Shown one piece after another: positions 56,413 through 64,000 of a stretch of DNA of 64,000 nucleotides. Source of the DNA: a virus (taxonomy: Duplodnaviria > Caudoviricetes); the IMG/VR virus record IMGVR_UViG_2061766007_000586, positions 192,001 to 256,000 of that record. One strand, 5' to 3'. Made by a program: the position numbers and the translations under genes. The first letter of the stretch is position 1, and each line of letters starts with the position of its first letter. Below the pieces are notes generated by a model. The model worked only from the letters and a program-made list of their open reading frames with translations, did not search any database and had not been told where the DNA came from.

Positions 56413-56934
56413 TTACGGACGATAACGATAGACATACGGATTGACGTGAGGGCTTGGCCCAACACGATGAGCCGGGTCGACCGGAACTACGATATTGGTT
56501 CTGGGAGGATACTGCGGGATGACTCTTTCATAGCCGGAGGTAGGACGCGTGACGGTCGTAGTAACCGTCCCTCCGTACCCGACAGTTGTTGTAGTGATAG
56601 TCGTAGTAGAAACCGGAAGACGAGGCGGAGGAACGACCACAGGGGCAGGCACCACTTCTGTAACGATAGGAGCAGTCATCACAACAGGTGTCGTGACCAC
56701 AGTCTGGGTCTGCGGTACAACGTATACATTTGTCGTTCCATGCAACAAGGCTCCGGTGGCTTCAGCAGCACCGGTAACGATTCCCTCTGCAGCGATAACA
56801 GGAGCAGCAACAAGTGCACCTGCAACACCAGCGAGGTCAGTGAGAAGTCCAGGACGCTGGACAACAACGGTTGTCTGCGCATGAGCGAAAGTGGCGCAGA
56901 TTGCGAGAGTGAGGATGAGTGTAAGTTTCTTCAT
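56413..56934 (-). CDS. secreted Pro/Val/Thr-rich protein
   Basis: Signal peptide MKKLTLILTLAICATFAHA; visibly higher GC than its flanks. Confidence 0.7.
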   Translation of the reverse strand: MKKLTLILTLAICATFAHAQTTVVVQRPGLLTDLAGVAGALVAAPVIAAEGIVTGAAEATGALLHGTTNVYVVPQTQTVVTTPVVMTAPIVTEVVPAPVVVPPPRLPVSTTTITTTTVGYGGTVTTTVTRPTSGYERVIPQYPPRTNIVVPVDPAHRVGPSPHVNPYVYRYRP

Positions 56935-56944
56935 GATATTCTCC

Positions 56945-57640
56945 TTATATTGTTGTTAAAAGTTGTTTTATGTCTTTTCGTTGTTTGTATGAAAGGAATT
57001 GAATTTCTGATTTTATTTGCTCTTTGAGATCTTTTCTCTCTTGATGGAGCATCTTAATCAGATCTTCACGAACTTGAATTAATTCCTGTATGGACTTTGC
57101 CATGTAATCAGCACCTTTGTAGGTGTGTTCATTTTCCCAAACAGGAATCAATTTTCCAATCCATTCGATTGATATGTTGTCGAGAACATTAATCCAATCT
57201 TCAACTTCTGTTACAAGACCATCTGCATTGTATTTATAAGTAATAAACAGTTTGCACCATTTACTCTTTTTCATACATTCAAATTTTCTTTCAGAAGTAA
57301 GTTGAATGATTTGAGGTTTTATCGTCTCAACCATTTTGTTAAAGAACGCAGGATCAATTTCTTTGTCACCGTAATGGTTAACTCTCGGGAAGCAATATTC
57401 AAGATCAATATCTTTGAATTTTTCCTGATGGTCTCGATAAACACTAAGTAATCCTTTTGTGTATGTTTCAGAATCACTTTTATCAATCAAGGCCTCAAGA
57501 ATTCTTTTACTGTCATGAAATTGTTTTACTAAATCTCGAATATAAAGACAGAGCTTTGTATCGAAACGTGTCACGAGAGTTAATCGAAATCGAATCGGAA
57601 TAGGAAGATGAAAATAAATCCATGCCCATATTTTACCCAT
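56945..57640 (-). CDS. hypothetical protein
   Basis: 231 aa with RBS and promoter variant at 57672. Confidence 0.7.
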   Translation of the reverse strand: MGKIWAWIYFHLPIPIRFRLTLVTRFDTKLCLYIRDLVKQFHDSKRILEALIDKSDSETYTKGLLSVYRDHQEKFKDIDLEYCFPRVNHYGDKEIDPAFFNKMVETIKPQIIQLTSERKFECMKKSKWCKLFITYKYNADGLVTEVEDWINVLDNISIEWIGKLIPVWENEHTYKGADYMAKSIQELIQVREDLIKMLHQERKDLKEQIKSEIQFLSYKQRKDIKQLLTTI

Positions 57641-57712
57641 TTTACAATCTCCTTATAGTTTTTGCATTAAAGACATATATACTTTCAATGGGTTTGAAAA
57701 ACACTTTTGAGA

Positions 57713-57744
57713 ACTATGGTGAGGGCGAGAACCCTCACCATAGT
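57713..57744 (-). terminator. terminator hairpin
   Basis: ACTATGGTGAGGG/CCCTCACCATAGT. Confidence 0.7.
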
Positions 57745-57756
57745 ATTTATATTTCA

Positions 57757-60700
57757 TCAATCTAAATAATCCCAACTGGTTTCACCCATGGAATCATAAT
57801 CATAATCCATTAAGTCGTCATCACCGCCGCCTGGATTTGGATCATCTCCTCCACCAGGATTCGGATCATCGCCACCACCCGGATTAGGATCGTCACCACC
57901 GCCTGGATTTGGATCATCAGGCTCAACTGGTTCAACATATTTACTTAATACCATAGTAACACCTACAATAGCAAGTTTATATTTAGTTCCAGATGTGTTT
58001 GTTGTAACGAAATAACCATCTTCTTTATACTCAGTAGAAATACCATTGATTTTAACAGTAGTCTTATCAAAGTTTTCAAATGCTTCCAAATTACTATTGC
58101 TAATAATCACCCAATCAGTTGAAAGATTGGTTGGTACATATTCTAAGACAAGACTATGATAAGTCCAGTCACAAGCAAAATTACCGTTTCTAATTTCAGA
58201 ACCATACGAGATCTTCCATGAATAAACATGAGTCAGATCTTCTGTAGCAGGCAGATTGAATTTAGAATTACTCGTAATTTCGATATTCTGGAAGAACTGA
58301 ATATTTCTTACTTCTAATGTACCGGTAAATGCACTGATCTGTAAACTACGAGTTCCAGAAACACCAGAAGATGTTTCATCTGGACCCATACCAGTAACCT
58401 GATATTGGTCTCCAGCAGATCCACCCATAAAGCCTTTACCTTGATCTGTATAAGCAGTCTGTTGGATTAATCCATTACCTGTAATAATTAATACAGTATT
58501 ACCTGTAACATCACCATGTCCATTTGCACCAAGTACAAGACCAGCTAGTTTAATTGTACCATTATTCGATACGTCTAAGGTAGCTTTAACATTACCAATC
58601 AAATGTGTTCTATTAGTTGCAGTATTAGCTGCAGCATAACCTGCACAAATAATTGGTTTATCAAATATACCACCAGTAATCGTTAACTCAATATTACCGT
58701 TTAACTGATGATTGATACTACTTGTACTACCTTCATAAGCTGGACCAATAATTGTTTCTTGATGATAACGACCATCTTTGATTGTTACAAAGATATTGCC
58801 ATAACGTATAATGGCAGAGACGGTAGAATAATCGGAACCGCATAAATGATCATTGAATGTACCTCCATATACGGTTAAATTAATATTGGAAGGACTACTA
58901 CTTGATCCTCTATCAGGAATAGCTTGTCCTTGTCCTGTATGAATTGTACCAGCAGCTGTAATACGACGGAAATTACCATCTTGAATTACAGAAGGAACAT
59001 TTTCAAAAACTACATCACTGGAATAATCACCATCTTGAATTATGATACGTTCAGGATTGACTGCTAATGCTGCAGGAACAGTTGCAAAGTAAGGACTGTT
59101 AGGAACAGCTGATTGATCATCACCGTTCAGTGAAACATAAACAGTTCTCCAGATATTATCAAGAAGACGATTTACAATAACATCGACCCCAACACCATAG
59201 ATGGTTTTGAATTCTGTTGCATATGGAGATTCTTTTAGTAAGAATTCTACAATAGCCGTGGGTGGCTGTAATGCATTTTCAGAACGAAGATCCAGATTAA
59301 TAGTTGTGTTAAATGCTCTTCTAGATGAATTGAAATATTCATCAATAGAAATAGGACCATATGTCACAACAGGAATTGTACTGATTTCATTCTGCTGTTC
59401 CATGAACTTAGCAGGATCTACAGCACGAATCTGGAAGTGTGTTGGTACAACTTGTGTTGTCTGTCCATAAGGAACAGGTGGACATGCGTTGTAATAATAA
59501 GTCTTTAAGAACCAAGCTTTTTCATCCGTCTCTGTACTATCAACCATAGTGTACAGTTTATAGTAATTCTTACTCTCTACATTTTCATATAGAGGTTCAT
59601 TACTTGGTGGAATACTTCCAGTATAAATATTGTAAACGTCGTTTTCTGAATCATACGTATAATACGTCTTAGAAGCATCAAGGACATCGTCGGTTGTTTG
59701 TATAAAGGATAGTTGAATTAGCTTGGGTCTAGGGATGTCTCCAAATCGTATCGTTTGTGAAGAATCATAGTCCCTGTAAGTATACCAGACACCGTTGTTG
59801 TCTGGACCAGAATAGAATCTGATTTTGTATCTATTTTCAAATACACCATCAGCTTGTTCATTCCAACACTGAAGAGAAATTGCTTGTTCAGAATTCAGAT
59901 TATTGACGTTAAATTGCGATACATTGTAATCGTAATATGAAATCTGAGGTTCTTCCATATTAGCAAAGTAAACAAGCGGAATAATCTGATAACCATAATC
60001 CGCACTCTTAAATGTAAAGATCGGAGAAATCTTAGCAATACCGGTAAGAGAGGAATCATAGATCTTGATATCAATCGTTTTAGTAATATAACGTTTGGTA
60101 GGACCAATGTCATAATTACGACCAGATGAATTATTCACTTGTTCAAATGCAGGAATAAAGTATTTGAAAGTGATAGGATAAACAGATCCAACAATATTGG
60201 TATCAACTTCATCCAAACCATAAGCAAAGAACTGTTCATGATCAAGTTGAAGTCTATTGATTTCACCATCTGCATAAGTGATCCAAGCATAGAAGATAAG
60301 TTCTTCTGGATTCTGACCACGAACCAGATAGCAAGTTCCGGTTGTTGTATCATACTGATTTGCTGTAATATCAAATTTGGTAATAGAACGATGTGTTGCG
60401 TTAAGTTCCGCAAGTTCCATCATTGGTTGTCCTTCAAGTACAACTTGAGCGATTGCTTTGTTGTTATTGAACGCAACAAATACATATCGATCACCTTGTG
60501 TAGGACAATCTGCTGTATAGAACACTTTCGGATAATACGCAGTTTTTATATTCGTTTCACCAATCTCATCTGTCATAGGAACTTGTAAATGTTCCAAAGG
60601 AATAAGAATAGATTCTACATAATTATTATCATCATCTTTGTAGAATTGACTAACCACAGGTGTTGCTGCTTCAATGGTATTCAGAGCAGCTGTTTTATAA

Positions 60701-61209
60701 ACAGCAAAGGAAGTAGCATCACTGCTGAAAATACTGATACGACTATCGACTGCTACTTCATAAAGAAGACGGAGTTCATAGTACTCAATACCATTCGCAA
60801 ATGATTCACCAGTATAGAGGATATAATTATCAGAAGAATCTTTAATGTAATAGCGTTTGGTTTTGTCTAAGGAATGATCTTTTGTTTTATAGTAGAACGG
60901 AGTAGGCTCGTCCTTATAAAACAGCATGTAACCTTCGTTACCATACGCTACTGTTGAACTAACACCATCTGTGGTATCAAGAATACTAGCATTGACAAGT
61001 GTTGAACGGTGAGTTACTGCATCAACACTATACACAACATAAATCGTGTTGTGATTCCCGACTGTGTCATCTACGACAAGACTACCAATAGCAGGGATTA
61101 CTTTGTTAATATTCTGCACAGACGATTTAACATCATCAGGATTGTAAATCTCAGATAAGAGATAGACGCCTGCACGTCTTTGTCCGAAGACAGCTACTTT
61201 ATTGTTCAT
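57757..61209 (-). CDS. phiKZ-like virion structural (baseplate/tail) protein with appended beta-helix domain
   Basis: N-terminal IYNPD...IPAIGSLVVD; PTHFQI; C-terminal Gly-rich parallel beta repeats. Confidence 0.65.
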   Translation of the reverse strand: MNNKVAVFGQRRAGVYLLSEIYNPDDVKSSVQNINKVIPAIGSLVVDDTVGNHNTIYVVYSVDAVTHRSTLVNASILDTTDGVSSTVAYGNEGYMLFYKDEPTPFYYKTKDHSLDKTKRYYIKDSSDNYILYTGESFANGIEYYELRLLYEVAVDSRISIFSSDATSFAVYKTAALNTIEAATPVVSQFYKDDDNNYVESILIPLEHLQVPMTDEIGETNIKTAYYPKVFYTADCPTQGDRYVFVAFNNNKAIAQVVLEGQPMMELAELNATHRSITKFDITANQYDTTTGTCYLVRGQNPEELIFYAWITYADGEINRLQLDHEQFFAYGLDEVDTNIVGSVYPITFKYFIPAFEQVNNSSGRNYDIGPTKRYITKTIDIKIYDSSLTGIAKISPIFTFKSADYGYQIIPLVYFANMEEPQISYYDYNVSQFNVNNLNSEQAISLQCWNEQADGVFENRYKIRFYSGPDNNGVWYTYRDYDSSQTIRFGDIPRPKLIQLSFIQTTDDVLDASKTYYTYDSENDVYNIYTGSIPPSNEPLYENVESKNYYKLYTMVDSTETDEKAWFLKTYYYNACPPVPYGQTTQVVPTHFQIRAVDPAKFMEQQNEISTIPVVTYGPISIDEYFNSSRRAFNTTINLDLRSENALQPPTAIVEFLLKESPYATEFKTIYGVGVDVIVNRLLDNIWRTVYVSLNGDDQSAVPNSPYFATVPAALAVNPERIIIQDGDYSSDVVFENVPSVIQDGNFRRITAAGTIHTGQGQAIPDRGSSSSPSNINLTVYGGTFNDHLCGSDYSTVSAIIRYGNIFVTIKDGRYHQETIIGPAYEGSTSSINHQLNGNIELTITGGIFDKPIICAGYAAANTATNRTHLIGNVKATLDVSNNGTIKLAGLVLGANGHGDVTGNTVLIITGNGLIQQTAYTDQGKGFMGGSAGDQYQVTGMGPDETSSGVSGTRSLQISAFTGTLEVRNIQFFQNIEITSNSKFNLPATEDLTHVYSWKISYGSEIRNGNFACDWTYHSLVLEYVPTNLSTDWVIISNSNLEAFENFDKTTVKINGISTEYKEDGYFVTTNTSGTKYKLAIVGVTMVLSKYVEPVEPDDPNPGGGDDPNPGGGDDPNPGGGDDPNPGGGDDDLMDYDYDSMGETSWDYLD
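57817..57918 (-). repeat. 24-nt tandem repeat encoding DDPNPGGG x4
   Basis: Synonymously diverged tandem copies at the 3' end of the gene. Confidence 0.85.
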
Positions 61210-64000
61210 GTAATGTTAACCCCATCTTGTACTAAATCCTTCTTAAGATAAAGTTTAGCTACTTTTTCTAAGAAGTTTATATCATTTACATCTGTCGTGT
61301 AAGAAAGACGTCTAGCCGGAAACTCTCCAGCAGTATACGTTTCGATATCAAATATTTTCATTTTGATATCTAGATCAGATCCATCAATTTTTTCCCACTT
61401 AAGATCCCAGATTGATTCTACACCAACAGGATCATAAGCTTGATATCTTGGTACATCGTCACTATCATACATGACCCACATCATATCGTGGTTTTCACCT
61501 GGATATCTATTATAATGTTTTATAACAGCACCAGTTGAATTTTGCCAGATACGTCTCATAATATCGTTGTATTGACCTTCTGTGTAAGGTAAATGCTGAT
61601 ATCTTTCTCCAGGCCGAATGAATGATAGATCAGGATTCATGCAAATGTAAACACCATTAATCGATTCAATATCAGATTTAGAAACACGGATGATAGGACA
61701 TTCATCTTTAACTACTAAATCTGGTTCATTGTTAATTAATCGATAAGTTGGTAATACATCTACAAAACGATAATCAAGTCCAGAAACAGGAGGTTTGATA
61801 AAAGTATCAGGATCAGTTACTTCAATATTCTTATCATCAAGACCAATGTCGTATAACTTCATTGATTCGTACTTTTGCAAAGCTAATTTGATTTCTTCAT
61901 CAGACCACTTTGTATTGTACGCAATCTTTTTACGTAAGACAAGTTCAATGATAGTTTGTAAGAAAGTAGAATAGATGTGATGAGACTTTTCTATGATTGC
62001 AGGAGCTTCTAAATCATATTCATTTTCTTCCATGTAGTGAACAACTGATTCTAATTCTTCTTTTTCTTCTTTCTGCATTACATAATACTTCTGGATAATT
62101 CTAGATAATTCTCTAGGAGCAAGTGCACGAAGTTTAACAGATGCACCTTTTCGAATTGTATTGTGTAGGTCTGTGCTGTAAGCACCAATTACTTGTGCTG
62201 CTTCATGATCGTACGCTTTACCATCAGTGAATAACATTCCACTATTTGGAAAGAGAGAATAATAGCTCTCAAACGTAGGACGACCTTCTGTAATAAATCC
62301 GTAAGTTCCAAGTGTTGGCTGTTCTACAACAGAATAAACTTCGAAAGTATTACCAGCAACATTTAAGTAATCATAGTTTTGTGAAATCACAAACTGACCA
62401 CAAATGCAACCTGTTTTTGTCTTGGCTTGATAGACACGATAATCTAATCCTTCTGTTAATTCTCTATGATTAAGATAAACAAGAAGTTGATTATCTGTAT
62501 TTAAATATGGAACACGAATACGTTCCGATGGTTCTGTTAAAATAATCTGACCATTTACTTCTCTGTAAGTTGTCCATTGTTTTGCATTTACTGTTAAAAG
62601 ATGTGAACAGAAAATATCATAGTTCATTTCTTTTAATTGTAATTCGACTCCATACAGTTTATTATAAGCATGAGCTGAAACAACTAAGAATTTACAATGC
62701 ATATCTGTATTTTTAATCAGATTAGTCAAAGTAATTTTTTTCAGATTTGTACCTTCAATATCTTCCGAAGATACCATCTTCATATATTCTCCAGCATGTA
62801 ACTCACACCAGGCTGTATTCAGTCTAAACCTATTAAAGATGTAATGATCAGGAAGTTTATTTCTATCATTGAACTCAGTAGTTCTGAAGATACGAATATC
62901 TTGATCAACACAGAATGTGATTGAATTATAGATCTCTAAATCATAAAGACCTGCACGATATTCAGTAGCATCAAAAAGCTCTACAGTGAAGTAAGGCTTT
63001 TTGTCATAGTGCTGAGCAATGAGATAATTCTCTAATGATACTGGTTGATTATTGGTGAAATCATCACTGATAATCAAAGTAGGATCTAATTTAATATGTA
63101 AGAATTGTTCTTGAACAAAACAACCAACATAATCAGGATCCAAAAGAATCCCGTTTAAATAAACATGTGCTGTAACATTCTTTCCTATATAGAGAGGAGA
63201 GAGTGGTACAAAGAACGAATGTAGAAGATCAGGAGTTGCTAAAACATGAAGAACACGTCTACTTGAAACATCAGCTACAGTGGCATAACCTAAGCAAGCT
63301 AACCAATCTTTCACGTTGTTTTTCTTTTCAGCATCCAAACAATCATCTACAATATTTCGATAAGGAGAAGTTTCTTCTAGTTCATTTGCAGACCAAAGAT
63401 TTAAACCATGTCCAAATAAATTAGAAGTGATTTTTTCATCACTTAATCTGTAAAGACAAGCAATAAATTTACTATCTCGATCTAAGATTAATCCTGCTTT
63501 TTTGTGATTACGAATAATAACTTGAATTGTTTTGATATCTTCTTCACATTTTTGACTATAAACAGTGACTAAAGATTCGTTAATACTAAAGTCATTATGA
63601 GTCAATGTGTGGAACTGATCATCTGTATTTGCTCGATTGACATAACGTCCTACAGTCGTATTATCTGTAGCCATAATAACGTCGCAAACTCTATGATTCA
63701 AGATATCATTATCAGGATTAATGTCTTTTGGTATATGGATCAAAATTCGTCTATCATTATTTTTATTACGGTATTCAACCTTAGAAGGATCAGAAATATT
63801 AAGATTATAGATTCCAACAATACTATCGTCTACAACAACTTCTGCATAATCATGTGGATTAATTGTGTCGATAGAACTTGTTGCAATTTCACCGTTGATG
63901 AAAATAAGTGATTGATCAATGTTGGTGTTTCTTAAAAATCTGTTTCTATCTACAGTTAAATCAGTTGAATAATGAGTAACACGGAAATTAGATTCTAAAT
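61206..64000 (-). CDS. phiKZ-like virion structural protein (partial, extends beyond the window end)
   Basis: The frame stays open from 63743 to the window end (...LIFINGE...DYAEVVVDDSI...ILIHIPK). Confidence 0.65.
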   Translation of the reverse strand, partial: LESNFRVTHYSTDLTVDRNRFLRNTNIDQSLIFINGEIATSSIDTINPHDYAEVVVDDSIVGIYNLNISDPSKVEYRNKNNDRRILIHIPKDINPDNDILNHRVCDVIMATDNTTVGRYVNRANTDDQFHTLTHNDFSINESLVTVYSQKCEEDIKTIQVIIRNHKKAGLILDRDSKFIACLYRLSDEKITSNLFGHGLNLWSANELEETSPYRNIVDDCLDAEKKNNVKDWLACLGYATVADVSSRRVLHVLATPDLLHSFFVPLSPLYIGKNVTAHVYLNGILLDPDYVGCFVQEQFLHIKLDPTLIISDDFTNNQPVSLENYLIAQHYDKKPYFTVELFDATEYRAGLYDLEIYNSITFCVDQDIRIFRTTEFNDRNKLPDHYIFNRFRLNTAWCELHAGEYMKMVSSEDIEGTNLKKITLTNLIKNTDMHCKFLVVSAHAYNKLYGVELQLKEMNYDIFCSHLLTVNAKQWTTYREVNGQIILTEPSERIRVPYLNTDNQLLVYLNHRELTEGLDYRVYQAKTKTGCICGQFVISQNYDYLNVAGNTFEVYSVVEQPTLGTYGFITEGRPTFESYYSLFPNSGMLFTDGKAYDHEAAQVIGAYSTDLHNTIRKGASVKLRALAPRELSRIIQKYYVMQKEEKEELESVVHYMEENEYDLEAPAIIEKSHHIYSTFLQTIIELVLRKKIAYNTKWSDEEIKLALQKYESMKLYDIGLDDKNIEVTDPDTFIKPPVSGLDYRFVDVLPTYRLINNEPDLVVKDECPIIRVSKSDIESINGVYICMNPDLSFIRPGERYQHLPYTEGQYNDIMRRIWQNSTGAVIKHYNRYPGENHDMMWVMYDSDDVPRYQAYDPVGVESIWDLKWEKIDGSDLDIKMKIFDIETYTAGEFPARRLSYTTDVNDINFLEKVAKLYLKKDLVQDGVNIT

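Noticed and set aside
56398-57027. 209-aa + strand ORF
   Set aside because: Shadow of the GC-rich secreted-protein gene.
57817-57918. CRISPR-like repeat
   Set aside because: In-frame coding repeat with synonymous variation and no spacers.
1-64000. Stop-codon reassignment
   Set aside because: Long ORFs are intact in the standard code, TAA/TAG/TGA all appear as plausible stops, and no suppressor tRNA was found.

Overview
This AT-rich 64 kb window looks like part of a phiKZ-like jumbo phage genome. Evidence: an S80 prohead protease next to a ClpP-like pair and large virion proteins (48-64 kb), four tail-fibre genes (2.6-14 kb), repeated TATATTAC-type (early-like) and CATTTTATG (late-like) promoter motifs, and many small hypothetical genes. 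PEP-CTERM-like proteins and AIDA-like repeats hint at a Gram-negative PVC-group host, possibly Lentisphaerota (inference). The 19-40.6 kb region is a minus-strand RNA-gene island with 17 recognisable tRNAs and about 20 other structured RNAs. The most striking system is a DUF2828 (Ro60/TROVE-like plus vWA) gene preceded by six RNA elements sharing a 'helix + ACAGCAA' module, with a seventh copy 8 kb away. The module occurs either as free mini-RNAs or grafted into tRNA anticodon arms, at the same 28/29 site in two different tRNAs. Also present: a stand-alone mimic of the 23S rRNA L11-binding/GTPase-associated centre, an ~810-nt ornate RNA preceded by three anticodon-less tRNA mimics, a paralogous pair of ~250-nt ncRNAs, and rare A34 anticodons. 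All RNA structures were folded by eye and all protein family calls come from motif recognition; no database searches were run.
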